Shown: positions 29,432 through 38,710 of the stretch, piece by piece | Layout: every line of letters begins with the position of its first letter | Numbering within the stretch: position 1 is the first letter of the stretch | Assembly (NCBI GenBank): GCA_018823175.1 | Contig: JAHJIY010000085.1 | Coordinates: 8,396-72,395 of the forward strand | DNA length: 64,000 bases | Source of the DNA: Pseudomonadota bacterium | Lineage (GTDB): Bacteria; Desulfobacterota; Desulfobulbia; Desulfobulbales; JAHJIY01 | Reading direction: 5' to 3' | Translations under genes and position numbers: made by a program | The notes under the pieces: model-generated | The model's input: the letters and a program-made list of their open reading frames with translations, nothing else | Told to the model about the DNA's origin: nothing | Database searches by the model: none

Positions 29432-31168
29432 TCAGCGACTGTGCTTGATCTGCGGGTTGTTCCGGTCATAGGTCTTGGGAGCGTGGCAGCCGACCACACA
29501 CGTCCCGCCTACCTTACTCTTGGTAAAGCTGATCGGGTACGACCAGGCCCCGAACGGTACCTCATAACGAACATGCTTGCCCTGGTTGCTGGCATGGGCA
29601 TCATGACATGAGGTGCAGGTCCGGCCTTTTTTCATGTTAACGTGAAAGTAGTGCAGGTTATAGTTGCCGTCTCTGAAGTTGGTCAGGGTCGTGGTCAGTT
29701 TGGTTTTGGCGATGTCCTTGTTGTGACAGCCAAAACACAAGTCATAGTTTTCCGGTTCATAGGGACTGTAAAATTCCATCGGGAAATAGCGGGCCAGCAG
29801 TTTGGAAAACTGTGAACCGTGCACGTTATGACAGGCGGCGCAGTCACCGGTCTGAACCGGACCGTGCCGATTCTGGCTGTCGGCAATAATATCGCCGAGG
29901 TCGGTATGGCAGGAGAGGCAGAGCTTCTCCATGGAATCCTTGAGTAGCGACCCGTAATTGGAGGAATGGGGCCGGTGACAGGCGACACATTTACCTTCGT
30001 CTACCGGCGGATGTTTAACTTTGGCGGTGTTGATCGCCGTATAGATCTCGGGAGTCGCCTCTTCATGGCAGGAGGCGCAAAGTTTCCCTCCCTCTTCGTG
30101 CAGTTGGTAAGGGGCGTCGGAACTGTGCGGGTCATGGCACTTGTTGCAATCTTCCTGGACCGGGGCGTGGATATTCTCCATGGTGAATTCAGCCTTGCGG
30201 TCTTCATGGCATTCAAAACAAAGTTGGCCGTCCTTGGTTGGCGCGATCAGTAGACTGGCATTGGCCGAAGAGTGGGGCTGGTGACAGGCGATGCACATGC
30301 CGCTGCCCACCGGGCCATGCTGATGTTTTTTGGTAAAAATCCCGTCTTCATGGCAGTTGAAACACAAGGCGCTGATCGCCTCACCTTCCGCTTTTAACTG
30401 GAAGCGCATATTTGATTGATGGGGATCATGACAGTCGGTGCAACCTTCTTCGACCGGGGCGTGGATAACCTCTTGGTTAAATTCTTCTTTTTTGGCTTGG
30501 TGACAGACCAGACAAAGATCGCCGCCGGTGCGCTGCAGGGCCTTTGCTTCAAAGGTGCCGTGCGGGCTGTGGCAAGAGATGCAGACGCCAGCCCCGACCG
30601 GACCGTGGACATGTTTGGCCTTGCCTTTATCGGTATGACATTCCCCGGTGGTGCAGTCGGCCCGGGCCGGGATTATTTTTTTAAAATCGTATTCCCCCTT
30701 CTTTAATCGATGGCAATCCTGGCAATTAAGGGTTGAGGGTTTCTGGTGAACATAAAATCTTTTAAAATCCTTGGGCGGCGCATTTTTCTTCTGGTCCGGG
30801 GTGTAAAAGACCCGCACCGAGGTCTGCAGCTTGTCGCTGCCTATTTTTATCGTGTTCAGCCCATTTTTTAAGCTGACCGGCGCGCCGAAAACTCCGCCTT
30901 CATTAACTGTGGCCCGGTCATTTTTGAGCTTGGTGTCCACTCCCTTGAGCTCAATGTTATCTATTTTGATCCCCTGGACGGTGCCGGCCAGAAACAGGTT
31001 TTTTTCGGTTACCCACACGGCGTCTGGCGGGGAGACTATTCGGATGGCCGGGTCGGCGGCCAGAGCCGGCCGGCTAAAGATTAAAGCGCCGTTAACGACG
31101 GATATAAACAGAAGCAATAGTAGCCGGATATCATGACATCTCATCCTTTTCTTCCCCATCATGGTCAT
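29432..31168 (-). CDS. 16-heme cytochrome c with N-terminal Ig-like domain (14 CxxCH + CX4CH + CX3CH)
   Basis: Signal (ALA); Ig-like segment (..LKNGLNTIKI); CTTGECH and CVVGCH atypical motifs; doubled-CxxCH repeats. Confidence 0.9.
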   Translation of the reverse strand: MTMMGKKRMRCHDIRLLLLLFISVVNGALIFSRPALAADPAIRIVSPPDAVWVTEKNLFLAGTVQGIKIDNIELKGVDTKLKNDRATVNEGGVFGAPVSLKNGLNTIKIGSDKLQTSVRVFYTPDQKKNAPPKDFKRFYVHQKPSTLNCQDCHRLKKGEYDFKKIIPARADCTTGECHTDKGKAKHVHGPVGAGVCISCHSPHGTFEAKALQRTGGDLCLVCHQAKKEEFNQEVIHAPVEEGCTDCHDPHQSNMRFQLKAEGEAISALCFNCHEDGIFTKKHQHGPVGSGMCIACHQPHSSANASLLIAPTKDGQLCFECHEDRKAEFTMENIHAPVQEDCNKCHDPHSSDAPYQLHEEGGKLCASCHEEATPEIYTAINTAKVKHPPVDEGKCVACHRPHSSNYGSLLKDSMEKLCLSCHTDLGDIIADSQNRHGPVQTGDCAACHNVHGSQFSKLLARYFPMEFYSPYEPENYDLCFGCHNKDIAKTKLTTTLTNFRDGNYNLHYFHVNMKKGRTCTSCHDAHASNQGKHVRYEVPFGAWSYPISFTKSKVGGTCVVGCHAPKTYDRNNPQIKHSR

Positions 31169-31388
31169 TTCTCCTTGCAGATTTTACGGTTTAATTTTCG
31201 GGCAATTTATCATTAAGTTAAATGTGTTTTCTTGGGGGAGCCGGATTCGACTGGAATCCGAACAACCTGACATGTAAAACCAACCCAAATAACTACAATG
31301 ATGCCCATAAGTTGTCAAGGAGAAAGGAAAAAACGGTTGATAACTGCTTTGTCATTTTACGGCAAAATCCGCCCTGCCCTGTTGGACA

Positions 31389-31433
31389 TACATCCCATCT
31401 AATCATGCTTCAAGCATGATTAGATGGGATGTA
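31389..31433. repeat. 45-bp near-perfect palindrome
   Basis: TACATCCCATCTAATCATGCTT-C-AAGCATGATTAGATGGGATGTA (22-bp perfect arms, 1-nt centre). Confidence 0.9.
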
Positions 31434-31520
31434 GAGTGCTTCTTAATTATTTGTCTGCCTGGGGAAATTCTTCTGGAACGAGAATCGGGTAAAAATGGAT
31501 GGTCTTGTTGATAAATCAAC

Positions 31521-31560
31521 AAAAAAAGCGCTGAACCGAAAATCGGTCAGCGCTTTTTTT
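31521..31560. terminator. Rho-independent terminator after OmcS-like copy 1
   Basis: AAAAAAAGCGCTGA..CCGA-AAA-TCGG.TCAGCGCTTTTTTT; a second hairpin (ATTCCCGGCGAACC...GGTTTGCCGGGAAT, 31572..31607) lies between it and the stop codon. Confidence 0.85.
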
Positions 31561-31627
31561 GTTTCTCAGGCATTCCCGGCGAACCCAATATCTGGTTTGC
31601 CGGGAATCACCTTAGATGAAGTTACTA

Positions 31628-32662
31628 TTATTTTGAGGTATGACAGATAAAGCAACCAGCCTCAGCAGAACCGACTGTATCATCACCTGGAAATGCAGCA
31701 AGAGTGGTTCCGGCGTTCATGTTAGCAAGATTCCAACGCAGGAGATCCGGGTAGGCTGAACCATGGGACATATGGCAGCTGAGACAGATTACCTGACCGG
31801 TCGTGGTGTTGGTGTTGGTCATTTCGCCCAGAGGAATGGCTGGGTTATAAACGCCACCATTGGCGTCATTATATGCTTCACCAGTCAGGTTGGCATTTAC
31901 TGGGATATCGGTTGGATGCCGCTTCCAGATCTGAGCAGATCCAGCACCAGCGACACTCAATTGGTTTGACGAGCCATGGAAATTGCCGTGACATACGCCG
32001 CAAACGGCTGCGCCCATACCGTTAGTTATATCAGCTGAATAACGACTAGAGCCGACAACTTCGGCTGCATCGTATCCGTAGTTAATGCCTTCAGTGCCGT
32101 CGACAAATACTGCGGAACCTTGTACTTCAAGGAAGCGGTAGCTGCCACCGTTTGTTGTGCCAACGGTATTTAATACAGTATTTGCGTTGGAATGATGAGC
32201 GCCAACTGCATTATGACAACCGAGAGCGCCACTACAGGACAGAGTATTTGCAGCAACAGCTCCACCTGGTGAAACGGTCAAAGTGCCGTCATTGGACTGT
32301 TTACTAACGGCAATTAGATCGGCCACATTGTGAGTTTGATTTGAAGTATTTGAAAAATAGCCACCGGCCAATGGATTTGCAATGTCGTTAACCTGTGGTG
32401 CTGCTGGGCCGTTTGCGCCACTTGAGTAACCAGTGGCGGTGTTTGGGTCCGCGTTATGCGCATGGCAACCAACGCAGTTATTGGCCAATAACAGCTGGTT
32501 GTTACCGGTGGTATAAGCAACCCCACCGACTGATGCTCCGTCCTGGCTGTTGTGCATGGTGTGACAGCCGCTGCATGGTCCACCCAAGGCAAAAACGGTG
32601 GCTGGCAATGCCAGGGCCGCAGTTGCAAGGGCAGCGATGATTGTTCTTTTTACTGTAATCAT
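31628..32662 (-). CDS. OmcS/OmcX-like hexaheme cytochrome c (copy 1, putative major nanowire subunit)
   Basis: Signal peptide; CSGCHTMHNSQ, CVGCH, LAGGYF, THNV, CSGALGCH (CX5CH), SYRFL, CGVCHGNFH, RHP, CLSCHMSHGS and terminal CFICH; AGGAGG SD. Confidence 0.88.
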   Translation of the reverse strand: MITVKRTIIAALATAALALPATVFALGGPCSGCHTMHNSQDGASVGGVAYTTGNNQLLLANNCVGCHAHNADPNTATGYSSGANGPAAPQVNDIANPLAGGYFSNTSNQTHNVADLIAVSKQSNDGTLTVSPGGAVAANTLSCSGALGCHNAVGAHHSNANTVLNTVGTTNGGSYRFLEVQGSAVFVDGTEGINYGYDAAEVVGSSRYSADITNGMGAAVCGVCHGNFHGSSNQLSVAGAGSAQIWKRHPTDIPVNANLTGEAYNDANGGVYNPAIPLGEMTNTNTTTGQVICLSCHMSHGSAYPDLLRWNLANMNAGTTLAAFPGDDTVGSAEAGCFICHTSK

Positions 32663-32847
32663 TCTTCTTTCCTCCTAATTTTGATTGTATTTTGTCCTCA
32701 ATTAAGGACTTCCCCTTTTAATACTCTTTTTAACATGTCGGAACGGTATTTCTCCGGCCCCTGGTATATCATTTGTTTACGGCGTCAATCAATACACTTC
32801 ATTTGGGGCGCATTATGCACCAACATTTTTTTAACCTTGTACTACAA

Positions 32848-32876
32848 ATAATATCATAAGCATTTGGCGATGTCAA
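32848..32876 (-). promoter_or_regulatory. Near-consensus sigma70 promoter of OmcS-like copy 1
   Basis: Minus strand TTGACA-N17-TATTAT with extended -10 TGn; implies a ~180-nt leader. Confidence 0.7.
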
Positions 32877-32973
32877 CTTGAAATCACCAAATCGTGTAAA
32901 CTGTGATGTCCCATGATTTTATGAGCCCCAAGGCATAGGTCCGGTCAGATAAATATGAATTTTGAATGATATT

Positions 32974-33696
32974 TTAGATATTTTCTCCATTTAATTTATC
33001 GAGCAAAGCTTTCGAGATTTCCTGGAGCAGGGTAGCAACTAATTTTTGGGGCTGCGGGTCGTTTTTGATCGGTCGGCCGATCACCAGATGATCAGCTCCG
33101 TTGATTATGGCCTGGCGGGCAGTGGTCACCCGGACCTGATCGGCCCGGGCGCTGCCGGCCGGGCGCACTCCTGGAGTGACAATGGTGAAATCGGTGCCCA
33201 GATGGCGGCGGAGCATGGCCGCCTCCTGGGCCGAGGCCACAATCCCGTCACTGCCTAATGCCAGGGCCTGGCGGGCCCTTTCCAGTACCAGTTCGGTCAG
33301 GGGAATGGTGATTCCCATCCGGCGCAGATCGTTTTGGTCAAAGCTGGTGAGGACGGTCACCGCCAGAATCTGCAGCTCTTTGCGGTCGCGGAGGGCGGCG
33401 GCAATCATCGGTTCGTTGCCGTGCACAGTGGCGAAGGTGATGCCACGTTCGGTAAGCTGCTGGACCGCAAGGTGGACTGTTTCCGGAATATCAAAAAATT
33501 TGAGGTCGACCATCACCTTGTTGCCGCGTCTGATGATTGCGTCAATTACCGGAAAACCGCCGGCCAGAAAGAGCTGCAGGCCGACCTTGAAAAATTTGAT
33601 TTGGGCATCTAGCCTTGCCACCCAGTCCAGAGCAGTTTCGGCCTGGGCAAAATCCAGGGCAAAGATAATTCTTTCGTTTAAAGGAATATTTTTCAT
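32974..33696 (-). CDS. pyrF: Orotidine-5'-phosphate decarboxylase
   Basis: IFALD, FKVGLQLF, DLKFFDIPETV, AVTVLTS, VTPGVR, DQ.RV and VIGRPI motifs. Confidence 0.95.
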   Translation of the reverse strand: MKNIPLNERIIFALDFAQAETALDWVARLDAQIKFFKVGLQLFLAGGFPVIDAIIRRGNKVMVDLKFFDIPETVHLAVQQLTERGITFATVHGNEPMIAAALRDRKELQILAVTVLTSFDQNDLRRMGITIPLTELVLERARQALALGSDGIVASAQEAAMLRRHLGTDFTIVTPGVRPAGSARADQVRVTTARQAIINGADHLVIGRPIKNDPQPQKLVATLLQEISKALLDKLNGENI

Positions 33697-33730
33697 CGGT
33701 TAGGGTAAATCTCCGGGGTTTGATTTGTTA

Positions 33731-35647
33731 TTATTGTATTTTGCGCAATAATTGTTGTCGGTATCGGGTCATCGCCTCGCGGCCCATATCCATATTGTTG
33801 CAGATCAGGGCCTGGTCCAGGGCGGCGATCGCGGCCGGAATTTGATTTTGGCCGGCCAGGGCAAAGGCCAGCCTTTGATAGAGCCGACCATCGCGCGGGT
33901 CAAGATTGAGCCCTTGACGGAATGATTTTTCCGCCAGTTGGTGGCGACCAAGCAGGCCAAAAACCACCCCCTGATTAAGCCAGGGATCAACCAGTAAAGG
34001 GTCGAACTGGATCGCGGCGGCCGCCTCGGTCAGGGCCCGGGGCAGGTCGTCTAATTTTATGTAAATTATCGCCAGGTTGTTGTGAATTTTGGCCGGCGAC
34101 ACATTGGGGTGACCCAGCGCCTGTTCAAAGCAGTTTTTGGCCTCGGTCAAAAGGTTAAGTCTTTCATAGGACCGACCCAGATTAAGCCAGGGCGTGCCAT
34201 TTTTGTGGTCAAGCCTGATCGCCTCGCGCAGGATGGAGATTGCCTTGAGGTGATTGCCGGCCATCTCATGGGCCCGGCCCAGATTGGCATATCCCCGGCC
34301 CAGGTTGGGGGATTTTTTTACCACATCCGACCAGAGGCTGATCTCACTGGCCCAGACCTTATTACGCTGCCAGGTGCCCAGGCAAAGAAACATGATCACC
34401 AGTGCAAAAAAGAGACGCCGCAAGATTTGACGTTGGGCAAAAATCTGGGCCAGTCCGACCACTCCGGCCAGGATCAGCATAGTGGAAGGCAGATAAAGCC
34501 GATGTTCAAAGATCAACTCCAACGGAAGGATGGTTGACTCAATGGCCAGATTGGCCAGAAACCAGAAAAGACCGAAGGACAGAAGTTTATGCCGCTTAAA
34601 CAGGTATGCGGTTAAGACCAGTAGGCCGATGATCCCCAGGAGGGCCAGTAAGGTCTGGGGCGGCGCCAGCAGGGAGTGAGAAATCTGGTAATCGTAGGCC
34701 AGATTCAGACGGGAAGGTAGGGGCAGTAAGATCAGGCCCAGATAATGAAAGATGATTCTGCTCTCGGTTAACAGCCGCTCCAGCATAGTGAAATCCCTGC
34801 CCCCGAAACCATGAGTAATCGCGGTAAATGGATTTGTGCCCAGGTAAAGCCAACCGACTACATATAAGACAACAAAAGTGATGAGCAGGGACGGGACTAT
34901 TATTTTATAATCAGTTTTTTTTGCCTGGTTTCGAAGAAAATAAAACTCATAGGCCGGAATGATCAGAACCAGCATGGCGCTGTTTTCCTTGCTGAGCATG
35001 GCCGCCAGGCCGCAGAGCAGGCTGCCGGTCCACCAGAGATATGAGCGGATGGGGAAAAAGGTGGCAACCGGGAAGGGATGTTTTTGTTTTTCTGGTAATG
35101 ACCGACAAGCAAGAAAGGCAAGGCGCCCTCGGACATAACAGAGCAGGGCGGCCAGATAAAAAAAGGCGGCCATACTGGTCATCCGCTGGACCAGATAGGT
35201 TACGGCATTGGTCTGCAGCGGATGGACCGCCCAGAGCAGAGCGGCAATTAACGAGAGTTCCATCGCCGCCCGGGGTTTAAAGTCGATCTGAGGTAAGATT
35301 AAGGTGGTAAAAGAAAGGCCATAGAGCAGAAAGGCGGTCAGTAAATGGATCGCGAGATTGACCAGGTGATAACCAAAAACTTCGTAGCCATGAAAATAAT
35401 AGTTGAGGCCGAAACTCAAGTTCGGCAACCAGCGGTGTTTAAGTGGGCTCCTGGTCGTTAGTTGGTGCAAAGAGTTCCAAGATAATTTATTGATCCGCAG
35501 GGCGTGATTCTCGGTAATATTTTGTTCATCATCAAAGCTGAACGGAGTCTGAAAAGAGTTGGCATAGGTCAGAGTTGTTAAGATGAGCAGGACTAAGGCC
35601 GGCAGTAAAAACAGATGAATTAAATTTTCAGACTTGTGGATCTTCAT
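33731..35647 (-). CDS. TMTC-like GT-C membrane glycosyltransferase with C-terminal TPRs (copy A)
   Basis: First-loop FDD motif, GYHLVN..IH, HPLQTNAV.Y..QR, SKE, EHRLYLP and RN..W; about 11 TM helices; about 5 TPRs. Confidence 0.8.
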   Translation of the reverse strand: MKIHKSENLIHLFLLPALVLLILTTLTYANSFQTPFSFDDEQNITENHALRINKLSWNSLHQLTTRSPLKHRWLPNLSFGLNYYFHGYEVFGYHLVNLAIHLLTAFLLYGLSFTTLILPQIDFKPRAAMELSLIAALLWAVHPLQTNAVTYLVQRMTSMAAFFYLAALLCYVRGRLAFLACRSLPEKQKHPFPVATFFPIRSYLWWTGSLLCGLAAMLSKENSAMLVLIIPAYEFYFLRNQAKKTDYKIIVPSLLITFVVLYVVGWLYLGTNPFTAITHGFGGRDFTMLERLLTESRIIFHYLGLILLPLPSRLNLAYDYQISHSLLAPPQTLLALLGIIGLLVLTAYLFKRHKLLSFGLFWFLANLAIESTILPLELIFEHRLYLPSTMLILAGVVGLAQIFAQRQILRRLFFALVIMFLCLGTWQRNKVWASEISLWSDVVKKSPNLGRGYANLGRAHEMAGNHLKAISILREAIRLDHKNGTPWLNLGRSYERLNLLTEAKNCFEQALGHPNVSPAKIHNNLAIIYIKLDDLPRALTEAAAAIQFDPLLVDPWLNQGVVFGLLGRHQLAEKSFRQGLNLDPRDGRLYQRLAFALAGQNQIPAAIAALDQALICNNMDMGREAMTRYRQQLLRKIQ

Positions 35648-35778
35648 TTTTATTTTAGTCCCGATATTGAAGGGGCATGCTGATTTTTCTCAGCCGGGAA
35701 GAATTTTCAGTCGATTACTATCGGCAGGTGAAGTGATTTAGCGATGGTTTGGAAATTTACTTCGTTGCGGGTCGGCGT

Positions 35779-37458
35779 TTAATTATTATGATAGAGAAAC
35801 CAGCCGCCCAACAGTCCCAGGGCGGCGACTGGTCCGTAGACCCCGAGCGAAGCCAGGAGCGTCAGGTAACCTGATTTGCCGGCGGGAAAGGTGATGGTCG
35901 CGCCAATTTCCGGGACGGCGACAATTACTTGCGGAGGATTAACGAGCGGCGGGGTCAGGAGGGTCATTTTTTTTTTCGGTGGTTCGATCTGTTTGGGTCC
36001 GATTTTGATTATCTCACCTGGTAATTCGGTGCTTTCTGCGATGAATTTAATTTGGGTCAGGACCGGGCCGGCCAGGTGAGGAGGTTTAACCGGTTTGGCC
36101 GGAGTCGGCGGACTGACCGCCGTAATCTGGGCGGCTTCGGTGTTGGCTACGGTCGGCACCAAAGCCGTTTCAGCCAGCGGCTCTTCCGGTGGGCTGATTT
36201 CCGAAACCTGGGGCAGGGCCGGGCTTAAAACCGGACGCCTGGTTCCCATGTTCGGGTCAATTACCTGTACCCGGCGGTTAAACAGGTCGGCGACGATGAC
36301 GTTCCCTTTTTGGCCGACGGCAATATTGTTCGGGTAATTGAACCAGAGCGGACCGCTACCTTGGCCTCCGAACTCGAAGATATATTTGCCGGTTAAATAA
36401 TCATAACAAATTATGGTGTGGCGCATATAGTCTACCACGTAAATCGCCTGGTGGACTTCATCAATTCCCAGGGCTAGAGGGGTGCTCAGTTTTCCTGTCG
36501 CACCTCCTTTCTCGCCAAAGGCGAGGAGAAACTCGTGTTTATCATTATAAACATAGATCCGGCTGGTTTCGGTGCTTAGCAGATAAATACGTCCTTTTTG
36601 ATCAATGACCACATCGTTCACGAAGACCGGCAGTTTTTGCTCTTTTATGCCAAGAGGTTGATCTGATTCCTTGGCGGTGGGTAGAAACTCTGCCGGCAAA
36701 TTGGCCAGTTCAGCGGCAATTTCCTGGGCGGTTTGATCTTCCGGGGTGATATTGGCCTCGGGGGTCGGAGCCTTTGGTTCCGAAGCTTTTTCAGCTTTTG
36801 GCGCGCGGTAGACAATGTCGGTGGGGGTTATCCAATTAAGAAATTTGCCATTGGGGTCAAGAACCAGAACGCCCTTTGTGTTTTCCTGCTTAGCAAGTAA
36901 GATCCCACATATATAAATATTTCCTTGTTGGTTTACCGCAACGCGGGATGGATTAAAGGAAAGAACCTCAGGAATTTGATCGAAGAAGATTTCTTTTTCC
37001 AGAAAAAATGCGGCATTCAGGATCGTGATTCGTGGACGATTTTTGGGATTTTTAACGCTGGAACCTACTTGTCCTGTTCCCTGGCAAAGATAAATAGAAC
37101 CTTTTTTGTCAACAAAGATCCCAGAAGGGTTAGTGATATTGCGGCCTTGGCCTAGAGAGATCTCCGGGAAATAATCGTCCCCGTAGATGGTTATGCGACC
37201 GGTGGAACTAACGACATAGGTTTCTTTTGTAGTGTAATCGTAGAATACGTCAGTCGGGATATTAATTGGCAATCCCTGATCATCGATTTTTAAGATCGTC
37301 ACCATCCGGATCGGGACCTGGTCGTCAAGCGCCAGGACAATTGACGGGCAGATGACGGCCGTAAGAAAGGCACTCAGGATGCAGAGCTGCACGGTTGATT
37401 TCCGGAGCAAGGCCAAAGGGCCTGATTTTGTATGTATATGTAATAAAGTTACTGACAT
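35779..37458 (-). CDS. NHL-repeat beta-propeller protein with Pro-rich stalk and C-terminal membrane helix
   Basis: NHL repeats (FGEKGGATGKLSTP, FGGQGSGPLWFNYP, VADLFNRRVQ); P/A/E-rich insert and tail; terminal hydrophobic segment. Confidence 0.78.
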   Translation of the reverse strand: MSVTLLHIHTKSGPLALLRKSTVQLCILSAFLTAVICPSIVLALDDQVPIRMVTILKIDDQGLPINIPTDVFYDYTTKETYVVSSTGRITIYGDDYFPEISLGQGRNITNPSGIFVDKKGSIYLCQGTGQVGSSVKNPKNRPRITILNAAFFLEKEIFFDQIPEVLSFNPSRVAVNQQGNIYICGILLAKQENTKGVLVLDPNGKFLNWITPTDIVYRAPKAEKASEPKAPTPEANITPEDQTAQEIAAELANLPAEFLPTAKESDQPLGIKEQKLPVFVNDVVIDQKGRIYLLSTETSRIYVYNDKHEFLLAFGEKGGATGKLSTPLALGIDEVHQAIYVVDYMRHTIICYDYLTGKYIFEFGGQGSGPLWFNYPNNIAVGQKGNVIVADLFNRRVQVIDPNMGTRRPVLSPALPQVSEISPPEEPLAETALVPTVANTEAAQITAVSPPTPAKPVKPPHLAGPVLTQIKFIAESTELPGEIIKIGPKQIEPPKKKMTLLTPPLVNPPQVIVAVPEIGATITFPAGKSGYLTLLASLGVYGPVAALGLLGGWFLYHNN

Positions 37459-37486
37459 TTTGTATTTTGCTCTTTGCGTGAATTGG

Positions 37487-38698
37487 CTAGAACTTCATTT
37501 TCCCGCGATCTCCACCACTATGACACAATAGGCAGATTTGGCCGCCCCGAATGTCTTCGATCAGTAAATACTTGTAGGTTGAGCCGTGGGGATTATGACA
37601 ACTGGTACAGGTAAAGGGCGAACCTTCACGGCGCGGATCTTTTGGTCCGGAAAGGGGGTGTTTCTGCACCGGGTGGTCGTAGTCCATGCCTTCCAGGGCG
37701 CCATGACAACTGGTGCATAATTTGTTAATCGGTTCATACAACTGAAAACGATTATTGGTGGCGTGCGGGCTGTGGCAGGCCACGCAACCCTGGGCATTCA
37801 GGATTCCGTGTATGTTTGCCCGCGGGGTGTCTGTTTGAATGTATTTCTTTTTATCGGCGTGGCAGGCCACGCAGATTTTGCTTTTGCCGTCGGTCCATAA
37901 CTGGTATTGGTTTCGTTCGCCATGGGGGTCATGGCAGATCGTGCAGTCTCCGGTGCCGACCGGCCCGTGAATATGAGACATGCTGCTCCAGGCTCTTTCG
38001 TTGACATGACAGCGAAAGCAGAGTGACTCAATCCTGCCGGTGGGGATGACGACCTTTTCTTCTTTGCTTTTGTCTGATTGATGGCAGGAAAGACAGAAGA
38101 GGTTGGCGGATGGACTGTGGCGCCATTTCGATTCCAGCACGGTCGAGCTGTGACATGAGTAGCAGGTGGTAGAAAGCTGGCCGTAGAGGGCGCGATCTAC
38201 CTGGGCCTCGGTCGGTAGTTTGTTGTCGTGGCAGATGTTACACTCTTTGGGACTGGTGGTCTCGCGGTGAAACAGGTAGGTAGATGTGCTGGAAAAGTCA
38301 ACGTTTAACAGGGAGCGCAGCGGTTTAAATCGGAAGTCAAGCTCCCGGTTTACCGGCGCAATGTTGAATTTGTTGCCGCCTTTTTGCAGGGGAAGTTTGT
38401 AGTGGACGTAATGATTGCCGTCCTTTTCCCATTTGCCGATCGGATCAAAACTGCGGCCATCGGCAGATTTCATCGAAACCTTGGTCAGGTCACCCGATTC
38501 CGTTAATTTCAGGACCACGTGCACCACGGGATTTCTGGAATAGATTTCGCCATCGCTTTTTGGAGCCAGGACTGATATTTCACCGGCCGTGGCTGAAATA
38601 GTGAAACCGGTAAGTGGCATCAGAAAAAAGGCCAGGACTGTCAGGTTGAAGATGATCCTGGTTGATATTGTTTTTTGATTTGGAGTTTGCTCGGTCAA
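37487..38698 (-). CDS. Decaheme cytochrome c with N-terminal Ig-like domain
   Basis: 10 CxxCH counted; signal peptide; LQKGGNKF Ig-like segment resembling the N-domain of 29432..31168. Confidence 0.9.
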   Translation of the reverse strand: MTEQTPNQKTISTRIIFNLTVLAFFLMPLTGFTISATAGEISVLAPKSDGEIYSRNPVVHVVLKLTESGDLTKVSMKSADGRSFDPIGKWEKDGNHYVHYKLPLQKGGNKFNIAPVNRELDFRFKPLRSLLNVDFSSTSTYLFHRETTSPKECNICHDNKLPTEAQVDRALYGQLSTTCYSCHSSTVLESKWRHSPSANLFCLSCHQSDKSKEEKVVIPTGRIESLCFRCHVNERAWSSMSHIHGPVGTGDCTICHDPHGERNQYQLWTDGKSKICVACHADKKKYIQTDTPRANIHGILNAQGCVACHSPHATNNRFQLYEPINKLCTSCHGALEGMDYDHPVQKHPLSGPKDPRREGSPFTCTSCHNPHGSTYKYLLIEDIRGGQICLLCHSGGDRGKMKF

Positions 38699-38710
38699 GG
38701 ATCGCCTCCG

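Noticed and set aside
32663-32847. GEMM-I (c-di-GMP/cGAMP) riboswitch expected by analogy with Geobacter omcS
   Set aside because: No GEMM P1/P2 pattern (GGxAAAC...GAAA...GACGCAAAGC-like) recognisable in the leader; an Infernal scan would settle it
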